A DNA stretch of 64,000 nt from Nemertoderma westbladi. Its lineage: Eukaryota > Animalia > Xenacoelomorpha. Below, piece after piece: positions 23,001 through 36,702 of the stretch. Made by a program: the position numbers and the translations under genes. Each line of letters starts with the position of its first letter. Positions within the stretch are counted from its first letter, which is position 1. The DNA lies in assembly GCA_032718475.1 (NCBI GenBank), contig JAUCBJ010001574.1, positions 1-64,000 of the forward strand, read 5' to 3'. Under the pieces are notes generated by a model. The model did no database searches. It was not told the origin of the DNA and worked only from the letters and a program-made list of their open reading frames with translations.

Positions 23001-25937
23001 ATACTGAATTACTAGATTTGCTTTAACTGTCGTTATAGTAGTAGGCATTCAACTGTACAATCAAACATGGCTGACACAAAGCAAACTCTGTCAGATGGTC
23101 TCCTAGAAAGAACAGTCTGTGACTCAGACAGGAGTGCAGAACATCTGAGACCGAAGTCCAAGTCCCCTTCTACTGTAAGAAAGGTCATCCCTTCAGTAGT
23201 AGTATCAGACCCTAGGCTAGTCAAGCACCATAGGTCTATTATAGGCACTCGGGCTCAAGTCAAGCGGGACCAAGAGGCAGCTGTTAAACAGCAGCAACAC
23301 CCGAACCGGGAACTTATTTCACAGCGGCCCGATAGCTCCAGTAGTTCAGACACTGTAGAGTTGACACCCGAGATCGGAGCAAGGATGGCAGAAGCGGTTT
23401 ATTCGGATCCACTTCTCATTCTTCCTGCAGCCGTACTCACTAACTAGGGTATTGATTGCGGTGGAGGAACATCAAATCGATTGGGCGAGAAGTAAGCGAT
23501 CGACCAAGGACAGTTATGCGGGATACACAATGGAGGAACTGAAGTCTATTGTCGAGACGCAATGGTGCTTCCCCGGACCCGGACTCCCGTTTAACTTATC
23601 GGAAGCTGCCTGGGAAGACTTATACAGGATGGGAGTGGTAAAGGACACTAGAGATCCAGCTGTGTGGAAGAGGTCGGCAGCAGGATATGTACAGGGATTC
23701 TTCAGCTCTTTGGAGCGATTAGAGGAACAACTGTTTCAACAACCCCAAGGACCTCAAGAGCAGGGAGAGCTGCTTTATCAAGTTCGAGAACGAATCTTAT
23801 GGATCAGACTAATCCTTTCCGCCTTTGAGGAAGCCTCGAAAAGAAGCCAAGACACGTCGTTGCAAGTTGCCGTAAAGACTTGGTTCCAACGGGTGATTCT
23901 TAAAGTCCAAGGAACGACACAATGGAAAATTCAGCTAACTGAGCGCGCGACCAACGGAGAATCAACAGACGCTACCTTTTCTCAAGTGGAAAGCGACGTT
24001 ACATCAGAGAAACCTCAGAAGAAGGACGCTATTGACATCTATCTGTCGGACTATCAACGATTTATACGTGACAAAGAGTTAAGGAGACGGCTAGCTGGAC
24101 TTCACCCTAATAGTGAGGGAGCCAAATTTGTGTTAGACTCATTAGATGAGGAAATGTTAGCAGCGGAGCAGGCTAAATTTGATGAAAGCATCCTCATCGC
24201 TAGAGAACAGGAAGAACAATTAAAGAAAAAACGTATAGAAGACCGAAAGGCAGCAGCAGCGGCAGCAGCAGAAGTTGAAAGAAAAGTGGCAGCGGCAGCG
24301 GCAGCGGCAGAAGCGGAAAGAAAAGAGGCAGAAGCGGAAAGAAAAGCTGCAGCGGCAGCGGCAGCGGCAGCGGCAGAAGCGGAAAGAAAAGAGGCAGAAG
24401 CGGAAAGAAAAGCTGCAGCGGCAGTGGCAGAGGCAGAAAGAAAAGCGGCAGCAGCAGAAGCGGAAAGAAAGGTGGCAGAGGCAGTGGCAGCAGCAGAACG
24501 GAGGGCATCTGAAGAAACAGCCCAACTAGAGTTGGAAAATCTTCAAGAGAAGCAAGACTACTTAAATAAACGGAGAACAGCTAGTCAAATGCAGATGATA
24601 AGTCGATATACTCCCAAGAGACAGGGATTTACATCATCTGATGAAGGCGATACAACAGATCCTGAAGGCGGAGGAAATAGATCTCGTTCCTGCAAACGTA
24701 GAAGAACGCCCCACCGTCAGAGATTGCCTAATTTGCCCCCAGCTGTGAGAAGGCAACTAGCTAGTGCAGACTTAGGTAGTACAGAACAAACAGACCAAAT
24801 TATTAGAGTAGAAAGACTCCCTACTATAGTAGATGAGCCTGAAATAATTAGGCCTGTTCTCGAAGCCACCCCCTCTATGATAGAGACCCCTGTACTTCCA
24901 GAACCTAACTCTAAATTCCCTTTGCACAGTACTAAACTACCTGTGCCCAGTAGGACAGTTCCTGAGTCAATTCCGGTCCTGGACGCCAAGCGAGACATTA
25001 ACGATTTATCGCCCGTCGTCCCTCGTCTACCCGCTACTATGTTGGCGGCTCCCGCTTCGGCGGTAGAGTGGGTGGATGAGCGACGGCGGGGGATGGATCT
25101 CCTGCTCGGGCAGATGGAGGAACATCGGGAACATTCCTCCCAACAGGTCCGGGAGTTGGAAGGGTCTGTTCAACAGTTAAAGGGAACAGTAAGATAAGGT
25201 AGGTTAGAGTTGCAAGAAGTGCAGCAGAGTATCGCGTTAGAACGTGATAAGTTAGTAAATATACAAAAGGGTATACCACCACCCCCTGTAACAATGTGTC
25301 AACCTGTTAGGTCTGAAGTATTTCATGCGCAAGGTGTGGAGCCTACACGCATCTTTACTGCTAGTGAAGTAGAAACTCCTATAGTGAACCCTATTAAGGG
25401 TAATTATAAACCTGTTGATAATGATATTCCATATAGACCTGATCCTAATCTGAGAAATTTATATACCGATAACTCGATATTAAATAATACGATGGCCCAA
25501 GAAAGCTTTACGCATCAAATGGCTAGAACCGAAGCCCGTCAAGCGGTAAAATTGGGAGAGATCGTCAAGTTCAATGGAGATGAGATGAAATGGTTACCTT
25601 TTAATGAATATTATAAAGATAACATACAGAACTCTGTACTATCTAATGGAGAGAAACTTAGATTCCTCATCAAGTGCTTAGAAGGACCTCCCAAGTTAAT
25701 GGCGTTAAAGTTTATTGGACATCCAGATGGATTGAGACAAGTTTGGGATACACTAAACATCAGGTATGGTAATAGGACAAACATAGCTAGGTATTTGTAT
25801 GCGAAATTAGTAGCGCCTCGAAAGTTCCTTAGCAGCGGGATTATAGAGTTTTCCGATGAGATTCAGGAGATCTGTAGACAACTATATTGGTTAGGTAAGT
25901 CTCATGAATATCAGAGTTCTATGGTTATTGGAGCCGT
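20058..25937 (+). mobile_element. BEL/Pao element A: 5' LTR (20058-21157), ~1.9-kb leader, truncated gag
   Basis: LTR TGTAAAAGC...GCGCGAACA. Gag ORFs 23067-23447, 23452-25197 and 25210-25937, homologous to element D. Confidence 0.92.
23067..25937 (+). pseudogene. gag: gag of element A (frameshift and stop; DUF1759-like capsid region at the 3' end)
   Basis: KFNGDEMKWLPF...LSNGEKLRFLIKCLEG...RYGN and AEAERK repeats. Confidence 0.85.
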
Positions 25938-28900
25938 GACCTTCCAAGCATTCGATGAGGAATCTAAGTTTCTCTCCATTAGATAGCACAGAGTTCTGTA
26001 TATTGTTATGGGTGATCTCTTCAGATGCTTTCCGTTCTGCTTCTGCCGCTGCCACTGCCGCTTTTCTTTCCGCTTCTATCTCTGCCGCCTTTCTTTCGGC
26101 TTCTACCTCTGCCGCCTTTCTTTCTGTTTCTATCTCTGCCGCCTTTCTTTCGGCTTCTACCTCTGCCGCCTTTCTTTCTGCTTCTGCCGCTGCCACTGCT
26201 GCTGCCACTGCCGCTGTCTTTCTGTCTTCTATACGTTTTTTCTTTACTTGTTCTTCTTGGACTCTAGCGATACGGAGGCATTCATCAAATTTAGCTTGGT
26301 TCGCAGCTCTCATATCCGCATCGATTGCGTCCAACACAAGCTTGGCTCCTTCACTATTAGGGCTAAGTCCCTCCAGCCTTCTCCTCAACTCTTCATCACC
26401 TACAAAGCGTTGATAGTCTGACAGATAGATGTCAATAGCATCCCTCTTATGCGGTTTCTCTGCTGTCGCTTCACTTTCCACTTGAGAGAAGGTAGCGTCT
26501 GTTGATTCTCCAAGGGTTGAGCGCTCATCCAATTGAGATTTCCACGGGGCAGTTCTTTGAACTTGGAGACTCACCCGCTGTAACCAAGTCTTTACGGCAA
26601 CTTGCAACGACGTGTCTTGTCTTCTTTTCAAAGCCTCCTCAAAGGCAGATAAGATTAGTCTGATTCTTAGAATTCTTTCTCTAACTTGATAAAGCAGCTC
26701 TCCCTGCTCTTGAGGTCCTTGTGGTTGTCTAAACAATTGTTCTTCTAATCGCTCCATGGAGCTGAAGAATCCCTGTACATATCCGGCTGCGGACCTCTTC
26801 CACACAGCTGGATCGATGGTTTCCTTGGTTACTCCCATCCTGTGTATGTCTTCCCAGGCAGCTTCCGATAAGTCAAACGGGAGTCCGGGTCCGGGGAAGT
26901 TCCATTGCGACTCGACAATAGACTTCAGTTCTTCCCTTGTGTATCCCGCATAACTATCCTTAGTCGATTGCTTACTTCTCGCCTAATCAATCTGGTGTTC
27001 CTCCACCGCAATCAATAACCTAGTGAGTATGGCTGCAGGAAGGATGAGAAGGGGATCTGAATAAACCGCATCTGTCATCTTTGCTCCGTGCTCGGGTGTC
27101 AGCTCTACAGTATCCGCACTACTGGACCTGTCGGGCCGCTGAGAAATAAGTTCGCGGCTCGCGGGTTGTTGCTGTTCCGCTGCTTCTTGGTCCCACTTGA
27201 CCTGAGCTCGAGTGCCTATGATAGACCTACGGTGTTGGACTAGCCTAGGGTCTGATACTACTACTGGAGGGATGATCTTTCTTACAGTAGGAGGTGAGTT
27301 GAACTTTGGTCTCACACGTTCCACACTCCTGTGTGGGTCACAGATGGTCATATCTAGGAGACTGTCTGACAGGTTTTGCTTTGTGTCAGACATGTTTGTT
27401 TGTACAGTTGAATGCCTACTGCTATATTACAGTTAAAGCAAGTCTAGTAATTCAGTATCAACGGTTAGCCTAGTAATTAATTACCGATACTGCTACTCAG
27501 TGTAGCGTGATATATATATATAATATATTAGAATACCGGTATACACTTATAGTATATATATATAAGTATTATTACAAACTAGGTTTTTCACAGAATACCG
27601 GTATGTAATTTCAGCACAAATATATATAAATATATAATAGGCCTATTGTGAATACCGGTATACAGCTTACACTTATAGTATATATAAGTATAATTATGAA
27701 CTAGAATTAATTACAGAATACCGGTATAATTTCAGCCTAAATTTATAAATATATAATAGGCCTATCGTGAATACCGGTATACAGCTTACTTATAGTATAT
27801 ATATAAGTATAATTACAGACTAGAATTAATTACAGAATACCGGTATGATTTCAGCCTAAATTTATAGAAATAAATATAATAAGCCTATGGTAAATACCGG
27901 TATGTCAATTATTTTAGAATAATTGAATTTCTGAAATTTTAGGGGTTACTTGGTTACTTTGCTTTACTTGATTTAAGCTTATTTAAGCAGTAGTCCAACT
28001 GATATTAAGACCTAATTGTTGTAAGACAGGCCTACTATTTTATAAATGTATTGTATATATATAGTATGTGTAGTATATGCAGACTCCGAAATGGTTAGTT
28101 AGTATGCGTTCTAACCGAGTAGGACGACTTATTCTTTCGAGGGGGTTTACCTCACAGCACTGGAAGCCCCTACATTCCCAACTGGCACTTTATCGGACAT
28201 ACACTCCACACACACTGCAATCTCTTCAGACCCAACAACAGCCAGACAACAATCCAGCCTACAAATTATCTAAATAAGAAATATTACGCTACCCGTACAG
28301 ACTACACAAACAAAGTACAAACCAAACGCTGGCAGACTACTATCAAGCCTAAATAAACTACAGTATATGCAGACTCCGAAATGGTTAGTTAGTATGCGTT
28401 CTAACCGAGTAGTACGACTTATTCTTTCGAGGGGGTTTACCTCACAGCACTGGAAGCCCCTACTTTCCTAACTAGTACTTTTTCGGACATACGCTCTACA
28501 CACACTACAGTCCCTTCAGACTTAACAACAGTCAGACAACAGTCCAGCCTACAAATTATCTGTACAATCTGGGCAGGCTTACACGTCTTCTGCTCAATAT
28601 TAACCTACAAATAAATAAAACTGACAGAAATAAGCAAACCATACAAAGGAATAAGGGGTGATCAATCCCTAATCCCCTAACAGCCTACAATATACAATAT
28701 ATCACAATCGAAATAATACTGCTGTACCTGTACTGCTGTAGGTACCGGTCCGGTGGTTAGGTAGTCAGGCCTACTAGGTACCGGTTGACCGGTACTTCAG
28801 CTTTATTGCCCACTGCAATACAGAAGCTATATCTGTTATTGTTCGCGCTTTTAGACCTTTAGCAGTTTAACCAGCCAAATTGGGATGTCTTATAGATAAT

Positions 28901-30006
28901 GAATCGTCTTTAGCCTATGACGAGTATTTGATACACTACATTAGCCGAAGCCAGTCTATGCGCGACCATTCACCCGCTGGATATACCCGGGAGACCGGAT
29001 TCGGAAGCCTAACCTTATTGCGGTGTTGGCCTACTGTATTATTCGACTGATCGTAATATATAATCTCTGACAAATATTATTCACTTTCGGGAAATATTAA
29101 CAGTTCCTTTAGGACGTGGCGCTCTAAATATGTAAAGAGAGTTATGACTTAAACTAGACACAACGGGATGGCTATGAATTCACGTATATGGCGCATTCTT
29201 TAGGAGATGCTTTGTTATCAGTCACAATCATACACAATACTGCACAATGCTGCACACCGATCTGCCGACCTTCACTAATTTTAGTCACATATAAAGAGAA
29301 CAACAACCAATACATGTAGTGCCTATGAAATAGCATTAGATTCACTTCAAAACCACTTTAATGTAAGTCGCAATCGTTATATGTAACCGGTCTCTCTTAC
29401 CTTCAGTATATCAAGAATATTGAGGGTTTTGTAATTATTTATCGGTATTCCAAATATAATATTATTCCATCAACTGATATAATGAATAACCGACAGTAAA
29501 TAGCAGTAAAAATGCGGTGTTTGTAGATATGATATGAATTGTTAAGTTAAGATAACAGATATACGTTCTATAATTAAACCTACTAATGTTGGGCTAAAGA
29601 CTGAAAAACACAGATATTCCGAAGCCGGTCTTCTGGGCTCAGGACAAAATGTAAACATTGACCCATAATGCATTGCGCGATTTCCCGGAGGTTTCTGTAC
29701 AAAAAGCAGGAGAATCGCTCTGATTGGTTGACCGAACAAAGAAACACCAGAGAACAAGGAAAAAGCTACACGTGTACAGCTCAGTTGTTAGCTGTCGTCA
29801 TAGTAACTACACTGTTTCAAGAGGATCTAGCGCATTGCGTCATAGAATTGCTAATTATGTCCGCTAAAGTACACATACAGAAGAAATGGCTTTTTATGTC
29901 CCCTAAAACACCAGTACAGTAAGGATACGGCTTTTTATGCCTGTTAAACCAACTACAGAGTACTTTATGGGGAAAATAACCGGCTAATTCCGCAAAAGCT
30001 TTTACA
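25938..30006 (-). mobile_element. BEL/Pao element B: 5' LTR (28840-30006), partly deleted/duplicated leader, truncated gag (27393-25938)
   Basis: Reverse-strand homology to A and D. In-frame internal gag deletion ASEEIT|HNNIQNSV. Confidence 0.92.
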
Positions 30007-31461
30007 AATTATCTGTATAATCTGGGCAGGCTTACACGTCTTCTGCTCAATATTAACCTACAAGTAAATAAAACTGACAGAAATAAGTAACCTCCAAAAG
30101 AAACAAGGGGTGTACAGTCCCTAATCTCTTAAACAGCCTACTGGTATACAATATCACAATCGAAATAATACTAGTACCTGTACTGCAGTAAGTACCGGTT
30201 CGGGTGGTTAGGTAGTTAGGCCTACTAGTTACCGGTCGACCGGTACTTTTGCCCTTTATTGCCTACGTGCAATAAAGAAGCTATATCTGTTATTGTTCGC
30301 GCTTTCAGACCTTTAGCAGTTTAACCTGCCAAATTTAGATGTCTTCTAGATTATAAATCGACTTTAGCCTATGACGAGTATTTGTTACACTACATTAGCC
30401 GAAGCCAGTCTATGCACGACCATTCACCCGCTGGATATACCCGGGAGACTGGATCCGGAAGCCTGACCTTATTGCGATGTAGGCCTACTGTATTATTCGA
30501 CTGATCGTTAAGATATAATTTCTGACCAATATTATTCACTTTCAGGAAATATTAACAGTTCCTTTAGGACGTGGCGCTCTAAATATGTAAACAGAGTTAT
30601 GACTTACACTAGACACAACGGGATGGCTATGGATTCACGTATAAAGCGCATTCTTTAGGAGATGCTTTGTTATCAGTTACAATCATGCACACTACCGCAC
30701 AATACTGCACACTGATCTGCCGACCTTCACTAATTTTAGTCACATATAAAGAGAACAGTAACCGACTCATGTAGTGCCTATGAAATAGCATTAGATTCAC
30801 TCCAAAACCACTTTAATGTAAGTCACAATTGTTATATGTAACCGGTCTCTCTTACCTTCAGTATATCAAGAAGATTGGGGGTTTTATGATTATTTATCGA
30901 TATTCCAATATAATAATATTCCATCAACTGATATAATTAATGACCGACAGTAAATAGCAGTAAAAATGCGGTGTTTGTAGTTTACAAATAAGTAGTGATG
31001 TGTGTATGTGGTGTGATAACAGATATACGTTTCGATGATCAAGCCTACTAATGTTGGGCTAAAGCCTGAAAACACAGAGATTCCAAAGCCGGTCTTCTGG
31101 CATCAGGAAAAAAGGTAAACATTGACCCATAATGCATTGCGCGATTTCCCGGAGGTTACTGTACAAATAACAGGAGAATCGCTCTGATTGGTTGTCCGAA
31201 CAAAGAAACAAAGGAAAAGCTACACGTGTACAGATCAGCTGTTAGCCGTCGTCATAGTAACTACACTGTGTCAAGAGGATTTTAGCGTATTGCGACATAA
31301 AATTGCTAGTTATGTCCGCTAAAGTACACATACAGAAGAAATGGCTTTTTATGTCCACTAAAACACCGGTATAGTAATGAAACGGCTTTTTATGCCCGTT
31401 AAATCAACTACAGAGTACTTTGCGGGGAAAATAACCAGCCAATTCCGCAAAAGCTTTTACA
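30007..31461 (-). mobile_element. BEL/Pao element F: 5' LTR (30294-31461) plus ~290 bp of leader
   Basis: LTR termini on the minus strand; leader homologous to 28554-28839. Confidence 0.9.
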
Positions 31462-32531
31462 GCATAACTTCCATTGTTGCAGTTGCCGAGTCGATGGATG
31501 GTTGGTAGGGGTAGGCCTATTGCTATTGTTGTATTGGCAGATTGGTATGTACATCTACATCTGATTATACCAGTTGCCGGTGCCGTCGGTCGTACCAATA
31601 CATAGTCTTTAATTAACATATTTAACCGTTAACAAGAGTAGAAACCGCAAATGAAGAAATTCATTTTCTTCCGTCGCTGACAAGAGCGTAGAAATGCGGT
31701 ATAGTGCTGTCGTAGTTCAGTACCGGTAGTTCTGTAGTTGGCAGTTGCTACCAGTCTGCCAGTCCGGTTCTACAGTCTGACAGTAGTAGGGCGGTACGAC
31801 GCCAACCGACCCTCTAATCTAATTCAGGACCGCAGTCCAGCACTCCGGAGTCCGCACTGCAGTGCATAGCATGGCTAATTTGGGCATACAGAATTAGGCC
31901 TGTCCTGTACCAGTAGGCCTATACGTGATCTATAATCACTGCACCGGTACCGCGGTACCAGTCAGCCAGTACCGTAAAACACCAAATACTGTATGGTATT
32001 GCAGTATTGTCTGATTGCAGGATTCCTGATTCAGGGATTGACATTGAGTATAGTACCGGTACAGGCAGACAGGCCACAATGGTATTACTGCAGTACTGTA
32101 TTTTCGTAATTTGCTAGAAACCCAGCTGATTTAGTCTCCTAGCAACCTGCTGATGTCAAGCGTTATAATTTTGGATAAATAAATTTATTATAACTGTAAG
32201 ACAGTTACACTGGTGCTGCACGAAGGCCCCAAGCAAATTCAACTTGGAAAATTTCTAAACTTTTGACAGACTATTTGTGTACCATGTTTGGTTACATTTC
32301 ATCGAGGATTGATCGAGTTATTAACGTTCAAAATTGAACACTGCAAAAAAAGCGACAGAACGACAGGTTGATTAATGGTACCCCTACACTAAGGCTCACT
32401 CACTTCGTGGCTCGCCCCACAGAACGACAGAACGACAGGTTGATTAATGGTACCACTACGCTAAGGCTCACTCACTTCGTGGCTCGCCCCACATTCATGG
32501 TCATGGTCATCAATCTGCTTCTGGATTGCAG

Positions 32532-33000
32532 TTTATCAGTGTAAAATCTGAAGGTTGTATTTTATTTACTGAGTCATTAGCAGAAACTCAAACTGTTAAA
32601 GAACAATTTAACGTTGCTGGTACCTCTCGTGGCAACGTTGATCTTTACAGAGCTACTGAACCGACAATCAGTTGTGCCACACCGGTAGTTCTGGTGAAAC
32701 TGTTGGAGAGTTCCAATCACCTTCAGATACCAGTTCCTGCTTCCATTGCAATGAATTATTTAATGATAAAGGAAATTTAGAGGGACATCTAGAATCCGTT
32801 CATAAAGACGTCAAACGTAGGTATAAATGCGATTATTGTGAGAAATTGTTTTCAAGTAAGCGTTATGTGAAGATACATATCGACTCTAACCATAAAGGAA
32901 TTAAGTATACAGTAGTTGCGGTTATTGTAATAAAGAGTTCAACCATCAATGGAGTCTAAACACTCATGTCAACTACTTTCATAAAGTAAACAGAAACTCT
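32532..33000 (+). pseudogene. Broken C2H2 zinc-finger exon (three fingers)
   Basis: CFHCNELFNDKGNLEGHLESVH, CDYCEKLFSSKRYVKIHIDSNH and, after a frameshift, CGYCNKEFNHQWSLNTHVNYFH. TTGCAG acceptor ends at 32531. Confidence 0.8.
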
Positions 33001-33610
33001 ACAGTATATATGATTGTTCTATCTGCCATAATCAAATTTCTAATGAACTTAGAGGCACATACTGTAGTTACCCTGCGTTACATTAGAGCTTGGGAAGCTA
33101 ACGCGGATCTCCATTGCGAATCACGTCACCGATACTATCCAGGACGTGCATCCCGGGTTGAGAATCTTATCATATTAGTAAAGTACTAACTAATGGCAAG
33201 TTACTGGCATGATAATTTTACTAAAATTTTACAATTACCACATTTTGCATTTGTTGGCAGTGATTTTTTATGTCCTTTTATTTGACTTTTTTGTCCTCCT
33301 TTTTTTACGAATTGTGCATAATGACCTTTGTTGTCCTTTTAATGACTTTTATTGTCCTTTTAATGACTTTTTATGTATGTATTTCTTCAAACTGTCAGAC
33401 TGATGATTTCTGGACTGTCAGACAGTTGGTTTCACTATGCCTGTGCCAAAACATTCCATGATTCCATGATTTATAGACTATGAGATAGAATTCCATATGC
33501 GCCTGTGGTAAAAGACTAAATTTAATAGTTTGTGGTTGTTGTCGATAATCGATTACCACATGACGTAGCAAAACACTCATTTTATAGCCAAAAACAATTA
33601 TCAATTGATG

Positions 33611-34198
33611 GAAAGAAGCAGGTTAAGGCCGGATTTTCTAACCAAAACAATAAACAGTCACTTTACCAAATCAGGGAAAGGAGCAGGTTAAAGAGGCGGG
33701 ATTTTCTAACCAAAACAATAAACGATCATTTAACTAATTGAGGGAAAGGAGCAGGTTACAGAGACGGGATTTTCTAACCAAAACAATAAACGATAACATT
33801 ACCAATTGAGAGAAAGGAGCAGGTTACAGATGCGGGATTTTCTAACCAAAACAATAAACAGTCACTTTACCAAATCAGGGAAAGGAGCAGGTTACAGAGA
33901 CGGGATTTTCTAACCAAAACAATAAACGATAACATTACCAATTGAGAGAAAGGAGCAGGTTACAGAGGCGGGATTTCCTAACCAAAACAATAAACGATCA
34001 CTTAATTAATTGATTGAAAGGGGCAGGTTACAGAGGCGGGATTTTCTAACCAAAACAATAAACAGTCACTTTACAAAATGAAGGAAAGGAGCAGGTTACA
34101 GAGGCGGGCCTTTCTAACCAAAACAATAAACGGTCACTTTACCAAATCAGGCAAAGGAGCAGGTTACAGATGAGGCGGGATTTTCTAACCAAAACAAC
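33611..34198. repeat. 68-bp tandem repeat, about 9 copies
   Basis: GGTTA core recurs at 33686, 33754, 33822, 33890, 33958, 34026, 34094 and 34162. Confidence 0.92.
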
Positions 34199-35119
34199 CG
34201 GTCAGCCGGTAGGCCTACCAGTACCGTATTTAAATTGTAGGCTACACAGTAGGCCTACAGCAGTACCGGTGCCGGTACCGGTACTAAAATACAGAAATGC
34301 CTGCTTTATACCTACATCTGTACATACAATACAGCAAAATAGTGCTATATACTAATACAGGTACTGATAGCCTGAGAGAACAGCAGTAGAGAAACCGGTA
34401 GCATGGAACCTAACATTGGATTTTTGGAGGACATAAAAAATATAAAAAAAAGGACAAAAAAAGGATTTAAACGGACAATAAAAATTATTGCGTTATTTGT
34501 TAAGGAATTAAAAAATACTTTCCAAGTACAGTATAGATTTTAAGAAATATTTGGGAGGGCACATATCATGCAATGCACTTACCAAATTCTTAACAAATTG
34601 TGTATACCTAGAATATAATTTCGGTGACTTTATAACTTGACAAACATTTTATAAGAACTTTAATGGTGCTTGACACGCATTGCAATTATAAATCAGTCAC
34701 ATGATTCACCGCCAATAAATGACTCATTCAGTCATTTTTTGCGTCAGTAGGCCTAATGCATAGTTGCGTTTATTGAGTTTTCTTTATTTACGTTTAATTG
34801 TTTAATGAATTTTGCTTACTAAAATAAAATAGTGTATAGCGTTTTGTTACTTTAATTTATACTGGTACTGTACTGTAGTTGTATTGCCGTTTGTCTACTT
34901 TACTTCAATTGTTTATTTATTTTGTTTGTACTCTGTTTATATCGTTAATGAATATTTATAATTTGCGTAATTGTCAGATTGTTGCTAATTGACAATTGTA
35001 ATTGAATTAATGCCTAATTTGATACAATTAATTTCAAATTATTTAAATGTTAGTGAAATTTGATTAATAACAATTGAATTTGGAAAAATTGGAAATTAAA
35101 AAAGGCCTCATAATCCAAA

Positions 35120-35912
35120 GACATATTTAATGAACTCCGTGATGTTGTTGGGGATCTGGCCTCTGTAGCATTTGGACCACGAAACGTGACAGACAGAACC
35201 CATAGTCAGAGACCAGCCTGAATTAAGTGGAGAGGCAGAACTTTGGTGTGATGTAGGAGTTCCAGCCCGGGCATTCAACCCGCAGACTCGGGCGTTGTTA
35301 GATATGGTATTGGTAAAGGTCAGGGTCGTAAACCTTGACGCCGAGCCATATGCGGGACGCCCCCCGATGAGGGTCCTAGAATCTGCGGGGGCCGCTAAAG
35401 CCGCACTATATGCGGAACCAGCGAGACAGAGGAGAGCGGACAATGCACCCTTCGTAGTCTCTTGCGATGGAGTTCTGGCACCGCAGGCCAACAAGCTCCT
35501 GAGGATCTTCGCTGATAGGTTGCACCACAACTGGGACAGACCTTATAGCACCGTCATGGAGTGGGTTCGCGGCCGTGTGGAGTTCGCCATAGTTCGAAGG
35601 GCTTCTCATTGCATCAGGGGGTCGGGGCTAAAGTGGCGCAGTGGTCTGGGTACGGAGGATGAAGCTGGATTGCCGACTCGTCTGACTCTGTAATTTGAAT
35701 CTGTCAACTAGGGTGTATGTAATGTGTTGTGCTTTCTCTTATTTGTATCTGTACTAGTCTTTTTGGAATTATAGTTACTGTAGGTTCTAGTAAAATTCTC
35801 TGTGTATAATATTAATTGTAATTTCTGTGTTTATATTATATTATTGTTAAAGCCGTTTCATTGTACTAAACGGGGGTCTGGTGTTTGGGGGCGGCAGCTC
35901 CCAATAAAAAAA
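35120..35912 (+). mobile_element. 5'-truncated CRE-like non-LTR retrotransposon (C-terminal restriction-like endonuclease, 3' UTR, A-tail)
   Basis: NELRD..DLAS.A, EPIVR, VRVVNLDA..Y, PFVVSCDGVL and YSTVMEWVRGRVEFAIVR..HCIRGS. Stop at 35693; AATAAAAAAA near 35903. Confidence 0.8.
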
Positions 35913-36702
35913 TGAGATAAAAAAGTAGGCCTACTTAAAAAAAATTTTCCCTGATTTTTTATTCTGATTTTTTCCAGATATTTTCCCAAGGAAACCGTCT
36001 TTTCTCATAGACACCGGGTAGTAACGAAATGGTAAAAAAAATTGCCCTATATAGTTACAGTATATAAAATTCAACTGGACCACCACAATGAACTGCTAAT
36101 TCAGTAGTTATCCTGCATCTAATACAGTATCTATAACGTATTACGATACCAGTACTACAGTATGGTAGCCGTTTGTAGCACTTCATTATTTGGAATTCCT
36201 TGATGGTGAACAAGACTAAAATTATTTTTAAAAACAAATGTTAATTTGTTCATCGAACCACTATTTTCGTTGGGAAAAGTTAACCCTAATGTTCAAAATA
36301 CAATTGCTACAATCCATAGTTATAATATATGATGATTTTATTACCGGTAGTACCTTTATATGACGGGTGATAAATTTTCTATTTTATTTCGTGCTCCAAG
36401 TCGTAATCTACTGTAGCGCTTGATAAGATTACAAATTTGAATTAAATAGTTTTATTGCATAAACAGAAATGGGGAATACCATTTATGAACTTTTTGGTTA
36501 AATTTTTCCGACGTAACTGTGTTTTAGTGTAGACCTACAGTATTTACGCGTTTATATCTGATGTGTATACGTAACGTAGAGTAATAATATGTTTGTTGAT
36601 ATGTTGTTTATATTAAAAATATCAGTATCCTTAAATAATACCTAGCTAAACATAAACATACGTAAACAAACTGTTCCAGAACGTTCGGTATTTATTAAAT
36701 AC

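Noticed and set aside
24200-24529. Antisense and alternate-frame LPLPL/CRCRC/QRQR ORFs (also near 26000, 43200 and 58000)
   Set aside because: Shadows of the gag Ala-rich repeat.
20053-31466. A-B-F block as a single composite transposed unit
   Set aside because: The outer flanks (TCAGC and GCATA) do not form a TSD.
33611-34198. CRISPR-like regular repeat
   Set aside because: The variable parts are related to each other rather than unique spacers; no cas genes; eukaryotic context.
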